This document shows, one piece after another, positions 23,809 through 33,930 of a stretch of 41,941 nucleotides of DNA. The notes under the pieces were generated by a model. That model worked only from the letters and a program-made list of their open reading frames with translations, was not told where the DNA came from and searched no databases. This DNA is from a virus: the UHGV virus genome UHGV-2134446. One strand, given 5' to 3'. Within the stretch, counting starts at the first letter, position 1. Every line of letters starts with the position of its first letter. Made by a program: the position numbers and the translations under genes.

Positions 23809-25408
23809 TCGTTACGCTTTTTACACCACCAGCGTGTAGTGCATTCCATGCTTCATCTGGTGTTCCATCGCCATTTGTTTTTTTCCATTTAAATTGATTC
23901 GCATCTAATAAATCAGTAACGTCCTCATCACCTTTAAAAACAACTGCTTGAATGGCAGTTGACACCACCCCATTTTTAAAAAGAAGACCGTTGGAAGATA
24001 TGAGGACAACGTTATATGGACTCTTTCCTGGTTCTCCTTGTTGCCCATCGTCACCTTTTGACAGACTCCATGTGTAAACACTTGGATCACTCGGTTGCTG
24101 ATTCACTAAACTAACCGTTAAACCAGTATATTTCTTCCCTTGAGGATTCAGACTAAAACCAGTCCCTTTATCATCATCTGCATAAGCATAGAAAATGAAG
24201 TTGCTTACTCCATCTTTTCCTTTAAGCTTGTCTGCCATCGCTTGAATTTGTTCAGCGATTCCACTATCACGAATCAGATAATCTCCTAAAGTAATTTCAA
24301 AAGTGTCGTTACTCCTACTACGATCCGTTTTAAGAATACGTCCTTCTAGGTAAAGTTCATCTTTATCGTTGACGATCGAAACATAATCACCAGCTTTTAA
24401 GGTACGTGGAGCATCAATAACATCGACCTCGTAATTTACCTCTGGATAACCTGTCTTCTTTAACTGAAGAATGGTTTCGTTGGCCAAAGCATTCTGTGTT
24501 GTTGCTTCGCTGTTATAGATACCTGTGTAGTATCCCTCATCTTCGCCTTGTTCGTAGGGATTAAGATAGCGACTGTACTTAGCATTTGATTCGGTATCTT
24601 TCAAAATATTTCCACTCAGAACAAATCTTGCTTTGCCAGTTTCAGGATTAATTTCTTTTTGTGCGGTGGTCAGAGAGTAGCCGTTTAAAGTTATTGGATT
24701 TTCTTTTCCCTCAGGTGTCGCACCGTAACATCGATAAGCGTTAAACATGTTTGCTCGACTGCGCTTCATCCGGATATTTTTCACTTCACGATTCATCCGA
24801 AGCTCAATACCTGTATCATTTCCTCGTTTCTTTAGGATATCAATATACTTGTGTTTTAACTCAAGTGTGTTTTCATCAATATCAAAGCGAAATTGTAATT
24901 CTGCGTTGTCAAATTGCGTAAAAATAGACTGCAGTCGATTTAACCCAGTCGCTTCTCCATCCCACTCCAATGTTCGAGTCAGATTAGGAATCTCATTAAT
25001 TCCGATTTCAAATCCCGAATCTGCTGCTGCTCGTTCGATATAATAAACGATCGGTTTAGCACTACCCGGCGATCCCCACGCTGGGAGCATCTCATTAATA
25101 AGATCCATACCCGCATCTTCACCGTAAAAGTAGTGGAACATTGCTTCTTCATCTGATTCATCATCAATGACAGACCATAGTCTTCCATGGCCTTCCTGAT
25201 CAGTAGTGACAAAATACGTTGCTTCCTGACCATATGCTCGCACAATATTTCGATTTTCTTCGTCAAATCCCACATAGACTTCAAAAGTCGAAGTGCCAGT
25301 TTCGACATCTTCGACTTCGTGATCATCATAGTAAGTAACGCCTTTAGGCAGTTTTGCTGAGGCTTTTCCAAGAGGGTTCCAGAAACGATCGAAAAAAAAG
25401 ATAATCAT
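23750..25408 (-). CDS. Tail-associated protein Tal (prophage tail endopeptidase-type) (552 aa)
   Basis: Position immediately after Dit-like gene downstream of TMP; size and order typical of Tal. Confidence 0.65.
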   Translation of the reverse strand: MIIFFFDRFWNPLGKASAKLPKGVTYYDDHEVEDVETGTSTFEVYVGFDEENRNIVRAYGQEATYFVTTDQEGHGRLWSVIDDESDEEAMFHYFYGEDAGMDLINEMLPAWGSPGSAKPIVYYIERAAADSGFEIGINEIPNLTRTLEWDGEATGLNRLQSIFTQFDNAELQFRFDIDENTLELKHKYIDILKKRGNDTGIELRMNREVKNIRMKRSRANMFNAYRCYGATPEGKENPITLNGYSLTTAQKEINPETGKARFVLSGNILKDTESNAKYSRYLNPYEQGEDEGYYTGIYNSEATTQNALANETILQLKKTGYPEVNYEVDVIDAPRTLKAGDYVSIVNDKDELYLEGRILKTDRSRSNDTFEITLGDYLIRDSGIAEQIQAMADKLKGKDGVSNFIFYAYADDDKGTGFSLNPQGKKYTGLTVSLVNQQPSDPSVYTWSLSKGDDGQQGEPGKSPYNVVLISSNGLLFKNGVVSTAIQAVVFKGDEDVTDLLDANQFKWKKTNGDGTPDEAWNALHAGGVKSVTIGTDDVNKRATFSCDIVEI

Positions 25409-26910
25409 AAGTAAGCCTCCTGATTGTAAAGTTTAAAACTTGGCGCTTGTGCCCAAGAGGAATAAATACACTCGATTTGATTGATCCCAGGTTCTAAAAA
25501 GAATTCTTCCCAGTCATTCCCTAAACTGCCCAAGCCTTTTTGCTCGATTCCGTTTAGTGTGACAATTCCCGTACTACAATCTGCTCGCAGAACATCAGCT
25601 TCCCCAAAAAGATTCTTCACATCTCGAACCTTCTCAACTTTATCTTTTCGAAATGTGGAATGAGTGAGTTTCATATGTGATAGCGGTGTGCCATTTACAG
25701 GAACTCCCATATAGTAAACAACATCGGTCACTTCAATGTCTTTCAATTCATCTAATCGAATGGAATGGATAAAGCCGCCGTTGGCGACTCCCCCAACATG
25801 GAATCTCAACAAGTTCCCTTCTTTTACAATGGAAAACTCTCTGCCTTTCTTTGTATAGAAATTCCATGCAGTCGGTTGAAAGGACCATTCTTTCCAATTA
25901 CCTTTTACATTGATTCGAATCTTCGCATTATTATTTGAAGAAGAAAGTTTGTAAAATACGACTGAGCAGATCGCTTTTCCTGAAGCATCACGCAGTTCCA
26001 CAATGTAGATACCTGTTTGCCGAATATTTCCAGTTTCAAACCACACGCCATGACGAGACTCAAAATCTTTTGCCCCGACATGTCCTTGTGAATCAGGCGA
26101 CACCTTACGACCATACGTGATCCCTTTGAAGCCTTGTGTGCCAGTTCCGTAAGAATCCGGCGTTACAAATCCGTAGCCGCCATCTGATCCAAACTTTCTA
26201 GTACCGTTAGCATTTAGTTTTTCCGTTCCATTCCACAAACCGTCAAACTGGTATTCATTTGTTTTCCATCCCCTACTTGCTTCAGCAGAAGCAATCATGA
26301 CCGTATCCCAAATGACACGATCTGATTCAGTGTAACCAACTCCATCAGCTTCATCGGGATTACCAAATTGCAAGATTTTACCTCTATTGTTGATAAAAGC
26401 AACCACGCCATTGTCTCCTGGCATCGTTGCTTCTAAGATTGGATATGATTTGTATGTCCCTTTATTATTGACGGTGAATGTATCTGATTGAGTGGTATAG
26501 ATATCAGTCTTTGTAGCATGTGCGATTCCTTCTGGCACATAAAACGAAAGACTAATCCTCACTTGATTCTTATCATCCATTTCTCTGACAAACGATGATG
26601 AGCCATCAATAATAGCATTCCAATAACGATCTTTAAAAATTGAAATTTGCAACTGTTGGGGTGTTTCCTGATTAAGAATCACGGCTAGAGCATCACGATC
26701 AGCAATATAATCTTCGGAAGCCATCAGGAAGCTAAGAGGGATAGATTTCCCTTGATTTCGTTTGTACTTAAATTTTTTACCATCATTTTTGGTTTGTTCC
26801 TCATAGACATTCTCAACGTCCGGAAGTATGCCCCAATCAGGAGATTCATCTAAGTCCATTTTTTCTGTTAAATTTGATCCACTATAGATTATAGTTACAT
26901 CTGATATCAA
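25405..26910 (-). CDS. Distal tail protein Dit (extended form, 501 aa)
   Basis: Immediately follows TMP with 4-nt overlap. Confidence 0.65.
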   Translation of the reverse strand: MISDVTIIYSGSNLTEKMDLDESPDWGILPDVENVYEEQTKNDGKKFKYKRNQGKSIPLSFLMASEDYIADRDALAVILNQETPQQLQISIFKDRYWNAIIDGSSSFVREMDDKNQVRISLSFYVPEGIAHATKTDIYTTQSDTFTVNNKGTYKSYPILEATMPGDNGVVAFINNRGKILQFGNPDEADGVGYTESDRVIWDTVMIASAEASRGWKTNEYQFDGLWNGTEKLNANGTRKFGSDGGYGFVTPDSYGTGTQGFKGITYGRKVSPDSQGHVGAKDFESRHGVWFETGNIRQTGIYIVELRDASGKAICSVVFYKLSSSNNNAKIRINVKGNWKEWSFQPTAWNFYTKKGREFSIVKEGNLLRFHVGGVANGGFIHSIRLDELKDIEVTDVVYYMGVPVNGTPLSHMKLTHSTFRKDKVEKVRDVKNLFGEADVLRADCSTGIVTLNGIEQKGLGSLGNDWEEFFLEPGINQIECIYSSWAQAPSFKLYNQEAYL

Positions 26911-29900
26911 CCTCTTATCCCCCTTCCTCTGCTTTGTGTTCGTTCTCTTCGATTAGACTCCTCTATAATCACATCGCCTAAAACTCTACGATTCAGTTCA
27001 AATTTCACGTTTCGGAGATCCTTTCCAAAGGAAGACATTATGGCAATCAATTGATCAAGTTTGTCCGAATAGTCTTGCGTATTAACAATCGTAGTTGATG
27101 TTGGCTCTACAGATGGACTCATACTTCTCAAGTTCCGAACCAATGAGGAATCTTCCGGAATACCCACACCGTCAGCATACTTTGGAATGCCCAAGCGCCG
27201 CATGATCGATTTGGTGATACTAGCTCGAGCAACCTTCGTTCCTGCAGGAGCATTGGGAATATACACATTTCGACCTTGAGGTATAAATGGAGCCTGACCA
27301 GGAAACTGAACCAACTCTTTGTATAATGGTCCTGATTGATCATTTACGATCATATCTCCACCCGGGTGGTAATTTGTTCCTTTGGCATTTGGAATAGCTG
27401 TCTGTCCTGTTCTTCTCCCACGATACTCAACATCAATTACCACATTTTTGCTATAAACTTCAGCGATAGCATTTCTCGCTCTTTCTACCTCTCCGTAATC
27501 AGCAGTTGCATGAAGATGTTTCGCACCGACTTTGGTCTCGTTGTAAATATTGAGTTTGGTATTTGCTGCCCCTATATTTGTAACGGCGTTAGTGTTATTA
27601 GCGAGAAGTGTCTTGAAATCTTCATCAAGTTTATTGTAATCACTTAATGCCCTAGTAGTTTGTTCTACAGTTAATTTTGCTGGGTCATTAGCTAGCAATG
27701 TTTTTAATTCAGGAGAAAGTGAATTCCAGTCTAAAAGTTTACCTTGAGCATTCATCGTCTTCCAAATAGCATCCGCATTATCAACGCCTAATGTTTTTCT
27801 ATCGGCATTATATGCGTTCCACAAGCCCATTTCTTCTATAGTGTCGTATAAATCGACTTGAGCCTGATCACCATCAACTAGCAATAACTTCTCAGTCAAA
27901 TACAAATTGTTCCACTTGCCTGATTCGCCCATTGCAATGGCGATTTCTTCTTTTGCGTTTGTAGAAATATCAGCATTCTTAGCAATGAATTTGAGCTGTT
28001 GCCACCCTTCATCTGTTGAAGCCATTTCTTTCAAGACATCAGCCATGTTGGTTCTGACTTCGCCAGTTTTAGGATCAAGCGCCATCTGATTCCACTGGAT
28101 ATCAGCTTCCTCAGTCCCTTTAGCTAACATATCAAGATTTTTGGTAGTGTCATCTACGCTTGAATTGACAAGTTCGGCTACTTCATCGACTGTCCATCCA
28201 TACTGTTCCCAAACGGCAGACATTTGCTCTAAACTATAGCCTTGTTCCAAACGAAGCTTGGCCAATCCGAGAATCATAGACTCAGAACTATTTCTATGTT
28301 CCTTATCCAATTGGCTGAGTAATTCTGTTTGTCGCTGCACATTATTTTTTGTTCCTTCAATAATGGCTTCTCTTTCTTTTTCATACTTCGCTTGCTCTTC
28401 ATTTAGAGCCTTGCCTACACTGTTTGCACGATCCTCCAGTTGTTTATCGGTGAGTTTAGATAGGGTGTCTTGATACGCAGACTCAATAGCAATTCTCTGC
28501 TCAGCGTTAAGCCCTGCTAATTCCAATTGTTTATCAGATAGCTGATTGTAATTGGCTTCGATATATGATCTTTCTTGATCAGATAATTCACGATTATTTT
28601 TACTTGCCTCTGATAAAATTTTATTAATACGGTCGACTCTTTTTTTAGCCTGCTCAGCAAGTTGTTCTCCATATTTTTTATCATTTTCAGCTTGTTGTTC
28701 CAAACTGTTTCGAATGCTCTCGTTCTCAACTTTTTCGGCATTTTTTTTATTCCGCTCATATTCTTTCTCAATAGTCGCTTGAATAGAATCAACGATCGCA
28801 TTATTTGCTTCAATAGCCTTGTCAGCTGATACTTTAACGCCATCTGCATATTCATTTACGTATCCGACGGCTTTTTCTCTCAACTCATAGGACTTGGATA
28901 TAACCTTGTCCTGTTCTTCAGTTACAGCAGTTCCCCACTTGGCTCCGGCTAGTTGGTGCTCATCATAGGCTTTTTTACCAAGGTATACAGCCCCAGCAAC
29001 CGCTCCTAGGGCTGTTACTCCTATTGCGATTGGACCAGCTAAACCGGCAATCGCAGTCCCCAACCCCACTACTCCAGCTCCGCTTGCACCTGCAACGCCC
29101 ACACCAGATGCAGTAGTTGCAGCTGTACCAACGCCTAGTATATTTTTAGCTAAGAATGGTAAAGCTTTCTTTTCTGCCGAGGCTGCAGCGAGTTCTACAA
29201 TGCCATTGGACAATAGACCGACTGCTTTTCTTGTTTTGCCTATCACGGAGATACCCCCGCCAAGCAACTTGAGCGCTGGACCAGCAGCCGCAGCCATTAG
29301 GCCCCATTTGATAATATTTTGCTGTTGCTCTTTATCTAATGAACTAAACGACTTAGCCAGATCTCCTAAACTTGCAATAAAAGGCTTAGATGCTTCAAGA
29401 CCATCTCTTAAAGCATCAACTAAAGGCCCACCAAATTCTATCGCAGCATCTACAACTTCGTTTTTCAGCATTTTAAGCTTCGATTCAGTTGTTTCGTAAC
29501 GTTTGCCAGCTTCTTCAGCAAGTGCAGTATTTTCTCCGAATGCTTTGTTACCCATTTCTACTGCCCCAGCAAATACTCCGCTGGCATTAGCTGCACGCAG
29601 CAAACTGTCTCTTAGCCGAACTTCAGTTATACCCATGTCGTCCAACACACTAATTGCAGACGAACCTTGTTCTTCGGCTTTTCCCAATCCTTCGACAAAT
29701 TTCATAATTGCTTCAGATGGATTAGATTTGAACATTTCAGCAAATTTGTCACCTGTCATTCCGGCAACATCAGCAAACTGTTCCAAGCTAGTTTTCGAAT
29801 TGTCAGCTTCTTTATACATCTTTTTAAGTTCTGCAGATGTAAATCCCATTTCTTTGGAAACACCAGTTAGTTCTTTGCCGCCATTTCGCACCGCTGTTAC

Positions 29901-31058
29901 TAATCTTTCCCAAGAAACACCTTGATCCTCGGCATGTGCTTTCAACTCGTCAAATGAACCCGCTCCTTTTTCAACAGCTAATTGCATATTAACCATCACT
30001 TTAGAGAAGGCAGACCCACCAGCTTCCGCTTCAATACCAACAGAACTTAATGCCGCTGCAAATCCTAAAATGTCGCCTTCGGACATGCCAATTTGAGCAC
30101 CGGCACCTGCTAACCGTAATGCCATCGCCGATATTTCAGATTCTGTTGTTGCAAAGTTATTACCTAAGTCAACCAATGCAGATCCAAGGTTGCTAAATTT
30201 ATCTTGCGACATTTGAGTAATATTAGCAAAACGAGCCAACTCAGTAGCAGCTGTTTCAGCGCTCATGTTTGTTGACTCGCCTAGATCGATCATTACTTTA
30301 GTAAATGCAGAAACATTGTCTGTTTGAATCCCCAGCTGCCCTGCAGCTTCGGCCACAGCTGCAATTTCACTGTGTGTCGAAGGTAGTTCTTTTGCCAACC
30401 CTCTTAAACTAGCTTCCAGATCGTCATAAGAATAAACAACGTTGCCATTACTATCAACTACTTCATCTGAAGTCTTCTTAACACCTGCAAATGCTGATTC
30501 CCAGTCTATAGCAGCTTTAGTAACAGCTGTGGCACCAGCGACGATAGGTGCTGTTACACCGACCGTTAAAGCAGTCCCTGCTTTTGAAACCATGCCACCA
30601 AACTTTTGAATTTTTTCACCTTGTTTGATATAGGCATCACCGTGCTGTTTTAGCCAACCAGTCACACCTTGAGTTTCAACTTGTAGTCTAGCCATCTGAC
30701 CCGCTGTATTTTGCAGTTGTAGTTTATAGTTTGCCAATTTGCCGTTAGCATCTTGTAATTGGTTAGCTAGCCGTTTCGTGGAGTCTGTAGCTTTACCGTC
30801 AACAAACGAACCGTCATAAGCTTTCTTGAGGGCGGTCACTTGATTTTCTTGTGCTTTGATAATCTGTGTTAAACCATCGTATCGAGTGCCTAATTTGCCA
30901 AGTTTGTTCCCTGCCAAGTCAGCAACTTTCATATTTGCTTGCATTTCTTTCGCTAGGTATTGTACTTGCTTTTTAGAATTAGCAACGCCTTTCCCAAAAT
31001 CAGCATCATCCAAACCTAGCTTTATGACCATATTTCCTAATGGAGTTGCACCAGCCAA
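26907..31058 (-). CDS. Tail tape measure protein (1383 aa), TTG start
   Basis: Very long coiled-coil-rich protein with Gly/Ala-rich TM-like segment (GVGVAGASGAGVVGLGTAIAGLAGPIAIGVTALGAVAGAV); SD aaagggggcgga. Confidence 0.9.
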   Translation of the reverse strand: MAGATPLGNMVIKLGLDDADFGKGVANSKKQVQYLAKEMQANMKVADLAGNKLGKLGTRYDGLTQIIKAQENQVTALKKAYDGSFVDGKATDSTKRLANQLQDANGKLANYKLQLQNTAGQMARLQVETQGVTGWLKQHGDAYIKQGEKIQKFGGMVSKAGTALTVGVTAPIVAGATAVTKAAIDWESAFAGVKKTSDEVVDSNGNVVYSYDDLEASLRGLAKELPSTHSEIAAVAEAAGQLGIQTDNVSAFTKVMIDLGESTNMSAETAATELARFANITQMSQDKFSNLGSALVDLGNNFATTESEISAMALRLAGAGAQIGMSEGDILGFAAALSSVGIEAEAGGSAFSKVMVNMQLAVEKGAGSFDELKAHAEDQGVSWERLVTAVRNGGKELTGVSKEMGFTSAELKKMYKEADNSKTSLEQFADVAGMTGDKFAEMFKSNPSEAIMKFVEGLGKAEEQGSSAISVLDDMGITEVRLRDSLLRAANASGVFAGAVEMGNKAFGENTALAEEAGKRYETTESKLKMLKNEVVDAAIEFGGPLVDALRDGLEASKPFIASLGDLAKSFSSLDKEQQQNIIKWGLMAAAAGPALKLLGGGISVIGKTRKAVGLLSNGIVELAAASAEKKALPFLAKNILGVGTAATTASGVGVAGASGAGVVGLGTAIAGLAGPIAIGVTALGAVAGAVYLGKKAYDEHQLAGAKWGTAVTEEQDKVISKSYELREKAVGYVNEYADGVKVSADKAIEANNAIVDSIQATIEKEYERNKKNAEKVENESIRNSLEQQAENDKKYGEQLAEQAKKRVDRINKILSEASKNNRELSDQERSYIEANYNQLSDKQLELAGLNAEQRIAIESAYQDTLSKLTDKQLEDRANSVGKALNEEQAKYEKEREAIIEGTKNNVQRQTELLSQLDKEHRNSSESMILGLAKLRLEQGYSLEQMSAVWEQYGWTVDEVAELVNSSVDDTTKNLDMLAKGTEEADIQWNQMALDPKTGEVRTNMADVLKEMASTDEGWQQLKFIAKNADISTNAKEEIAIAMGESGKWNNLYLTEKLLLVDGDQAQVDLYDTIEEMGLWNAYNADRKTLGVDNADAIWKTMNAQGKLLDWNSLSPELKTLLANDPAKLTVEQTTRALSDYNKLDEDFKTLLANNTNAVTNIGAANTKLNIYNETKVGAKHLHATADYGEVERARNAIAEVYSKNVVIDVEYRGRRTGQTAIPNAKGTNYHPGGDMIVNDQSGPLYKELVQFPGQAPFIPQGRNVYIPNAPAGTKVARASITKSIMRRLGIPKYADGVGIPEDSSLVRNLRSMSPSVEPTSTTIVNTQDYSDKLDQLIAIMSSFGKDLRNVKFELNRRVLGDVIIEESNRRERTQSRGRGIRG

Positions 31059-31059
31059 A

Positions 31060-31646
31060 TCATCCGCCCCCTTTCCCTTTGACTAAATCAGCCAATGGCT
31101 TAATTTCTTTGCGTTTCTTGTTTTTCTTTCCTTTTGGCGTTTGTTTAAACATAATTTCATAAAGGTACAGCGTATCTGTATTCAGAACGTCATTGATTGT
31201 CCAACTGGGATAAATCTTCAATATAGATCTCACGACATCTAGCTGTAACTCATGATGATCGGACGGACTTATTTTCCGTCCTTTTTTCCTTTTGGGTCTT
31301 TCTTATCTGTTGGATCTGATTCTTCCACGTCTTTTTCGTAACCTAAGACACGATACATAATGATTTCCATGATCAAATCTCTGTCCCATGCATCGATACC
31401 ATCTAAAAGGACAGTTCCGGTTAAATCTTTATCATCAAACAAGCCGGCTACAAACTCAGCACGGAATTCAGTAAGCGCTCTGGCTGAAGGAGCAATATCA
31501 TTGCCTTCATCATCCTTCTTGAAAAGTTTTGCTTCACCATCCGTGTAATCTAAAGCTTTTGAATACGGTACGTGGCTTTGTGTGAAGGTCTTTCTTGTTC
31601 CATTGATCATTAAATCCAATCTGATTTCTTTTCCAATTTCTGACAT
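31060..31646 (-). CDS. Tail assembly chaperone -1 frameshift product (G-T-like fusion)
   Basis: Slippery heptamer A-AAA-AAG in zero-frame register at the end of the chaperone ORF; -1 frame stays open about 69 codons (KKGRKISPSDHHELQLDVVRSILKIYPSW...) to a TGA abutting the TMP start. Confidence 0.6.
31269..31646 (-). CDS. Tail assembly chaperone (gpG-like, 125 aa)
   Basis: Acidic small protein between major tail protein and TMP. Confidence 0.7.
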   Translation of the reverse strand: MSEIGKEIRLDLMINGTRKTFTQSHVPYSKALDYTDGEAKLFKKDDEGNDIAPSARALTEFRAEFVAGLFDDKDLTGTVLLDGIDAWDRDLIMEIIMYRVLGYEKDVEESDPTDKKDPKGKKDGK

Positions 31647-31708
31647 GTATAATTCCTCCTATTAATCAAAAATAAAAAGGCTAGTCCGAAGACTAACCTT
31701 TCCCTTCA

Positions 31709-32329
31709 TTATTCACCGCCGCCACTTGGAGGTGTAACTGGACCACCGAGAACAGCAGTTTTTAACGAAGCAACGTTTTCTGCACCAAATGCACGCAACA
31801 CTTTCATTTTCTCTGTTTTTTCACCGATTGTGATATCACGAGTTATAGCATTAAATACATATTCACCGGCTTCAGGCGTAAAATCTTCGTCATTCTTAGT
31901 AGCTAATGAATAGCCATCACGATTGAATTTACCCGCAAGCATTGCAAATGCGACTGGTTCGCCATATAGATCTTCAGCTTCAGCAACAGTTGCCACGTAT
32001 GGAGGCTCCGTTTTATCACCGAATCCATCAATACCGCCATCATCACCAAATGTAACTAAACCTAGCAACTCTTGTTCAATAGCAACTGGAACATCAAGCA
32101 AACCGAAGTTAGCGGCAACAGTTCCCGTACCTTTTGCAGCGATCCAGTACTCCCGATCCCCCGCGAAAACTTTTTGAACTTCTTTTGATAGACCAGTCAA
32201 ATCAAACGCTGTAGGTCCACCTTCTTTTTGTTTACCTTCAAGCACTCGAATTTGTTTTGATGTATCGGGTGTTAAATCTGTTTTCAAGACCCGTGTAGAT
32301 AAAGTGCTAAAACCATATGTTTCTGCCAT
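31709..32329 (-). CDS. Major tail protein (206 aa)
   Basis: Position and size; strong SD aggaggaatta. Confidence 0.7.
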   Translation of the reverse strand: MAETYGFSTLSTRVLKTDLTPDTSKQIRVLEGKQKEGGPTAFDLTGLSKEVQKVFAGDREYWIAAKGTGTVAANFGLLDVPVAIEQELLGLVTFGDDGGIDGFGDKTEPPYVATVAEAEDLYGEPVAFAMLAGKFNRDGYSLATKNDEDFTPEAGEYVFNAITRDITIGEKTEKMKVLRAFGAENVASLKTAVLGGPVTPPSGGGE

Positions 32330-32360
32330 TGTTAATTCCTCCTAATAAAATAGACACCGA

Positions 32361-32756
32361 TTAATAATCAGTATCATGAATTTGTGTGTTTTTTCGATAA
32401 CGCCTTGCATCCACAAAGCGTTTTGTTTCTGAGAAATATTCGTCAAGCCCACCACTTAACTGAGCATAACCAAATTTCCACATCGCAGCTTTCACTGCTT
32501 TAGCAATTTCTTTCGTCAAAATTCTTGATTGAGTTTCAACGTTAATTTGATAACTGAACGTTTGCGACATCTCTTTGTTGGCAGCATAGTACGCACTAGT
32601 TGGCGGTCCAAGTGGTGTATCGATTATAATAAAAGGTTTGGTCGAATCGAAGCTTTCAGGTACTTCATAGAATTTGATGTTCTTTGCAGTAACCTCTTTT
32701 GCAATCGTAGGATCAGCAGATAAAACGTTGTAGACTTCCATCATCATATCTTTCAT
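32361..32756 (-). CDS. Tail completion / tail terminator-like protein (131 aa)
   Basis: Head-tail joining gene block, 4-nt overlaps. Confidence 0.5.
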   Translation of the reverse strand: MKDMMMEVYNVLSADPTIAKEVTAKNIKFYEVPESFDSTKPFIIIDTPLGPPTSAYYAANKEMSQTFSYQINVETQSRILTKEIAKAVKAAMWKFGYAQLSGGLDEYFSETKRFVDARRYRKNTQIHDTDY

Positions 32757-33151
32757 CGTGCTAACTCCTCCAATTCTGACCGCATCTCTTCAAATGCAGA
32801 TCCTTCTGTTTTATCGACCACACCTTGTAATTTTCCCATCCCTCTAGGGCTAATGTACTTACCAAAGCGAGTATAGCCAAACTCACTCAAATGCACTAAG
32901 CGCCATCTTGAACCTTGACCCCAACCAACTTCGATCGTTTTAGGCGGTCCTTTTTTTACTCCGGAAACAATTACTGTGTCATGCGTTTCACCAGTATCCA
33001 TGTAACTGGATACCGCTTCTTGCACATCTTGTTGCAATTTTTTTCCATAGTTCTTAAGCGACTTATTCACAATCCGGTTCGTTCTTGCTGGACCTAGCTT
33101 GGCTTCAAGATTCTTTAGTATCTCATCCACGCCTTTAACTGAAACGCTCAT
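32753..33151 (-). CDS. HK97 gp10-like tail component (132 aa)
   Basis: Gene order in HK97-like connector block. Confidence 0.5.
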   Translation of the reverse strand: MSVSVKGVDEILKNLEAKLGPARTNRIVNKSLKNYGKKLQQDVQEAVSSYMDTGETHDTVIVSGVKKGPPKTIEVGWGQGSRWRLVHLSEFGYTRFGKYISPRGMGKLQGVVDKTEGSAFEEMRSELEELAR

Positions 33152-33528
33152 GAGGTCACCCCCAAGATGATTTTAAGAAAATCGTTATTCTCAACATCTG
33201 GCGCAAAATCTACAATATCCCACACATCATCTTTGTATCGGAAATCATCCAAGACTACTTTATGCGCATTGTTTGGCAAATAATCTGTGAATGGATCTCG
33301 AATCTTGATAGTGACAGCTTTCTTTGTTCCTTTACCGCTAAGAATATCCCTATCCTTAGAAGAAGGATTGTAGACTAAGCAAGTGCAGTAGTACAATTTC
33401 TTGTTGTCTTGTTCACCCGGTTCAGGCCCATCGTTTGGTTTTACTTCAAAAAAAGTAACCGGCGTATTTAAATCACCGGCTACAATTTCAGGTCTTTCAT
33501 ATTTTGTTTTAATCGGCAACTTGATCAC
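33148..33528 (-). CDS. Head closure / head-tail joining protein (126 aa)
   Basis: Gene order. Confidence 0.5.
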   Translation of the reverse strand: MIKLPIKTKYERPEIVAGDLNTPVTFFEVKPNDGPEPGEQDNKKLYYCTCLVYNPSSKDRDILSGKGTKKAVTIKIRDPFTDYLPNNAHKVVLDDFRYKDDVWDIVDFAPDVENNDFLKIILGVTS

Positions 33529-33787
33529 CTACCAAGTCAATTGAAGCATCCATGATCATCACTTGGAAATTGTCATAAAAGTATTCGAGTGCCTCGTTTC
33601 TTAAATAACGAGTACGCTCATAAACCAACTCTTTGCCCTTTTCATACTTTGTATGATCGAACTCTCCAATGATCGACTTGATATCGGCAAGCCCACTTTC
33701 CAGTTGCTTGCCAATACTTTCATCTTCGGATGAATGAAAAATACGAAAACGTTCCTTGAATTCATCAATAAACACTTGATCGTTCAT
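33509..33787 (-). CDS. Head-tail connector (gp6-like) protein (92 aa)
   Basis: Gene order, directly after capsid gene. Confidence 0.5.
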   Translation of the reverse strand: MNDQVFIDEFKERFRIFHSSEDESIGKQLESGLADIKSIIGEFDHTKYEKGKELVYERTRYLRNEALEYFYDNFQVMIMDASIDLVGDQVAD

Positions 33788-33930
33788 TCGTTATCCCTCC
33801 AATAGATCAATTAAATCTTGCTTCTTAGCGTTGCTTGCATAATCAATTGCACGCTCGTCTAACAACGCTTTTAGTTCTGGAACCGTAAGGCTAGAATAGT
33901 CTACAGTCGCCATACGAGCGTTAGGCGTTG

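Noticed and set aside
27128-30000. Multiple plus-strand ORFs (27336..27647, 27907..28089, 28258..28473, 29200..29499, 29503..29925, 29667..29870) and minus-strand 28517..28855, 27128..27343 inside the tape measure gene
   Set aside because: They lie antisense or out of frame within a continuous 1383-aa ORF with a clear TMP character; no SDs; low-complexity translations. Treated as frame artefacts.
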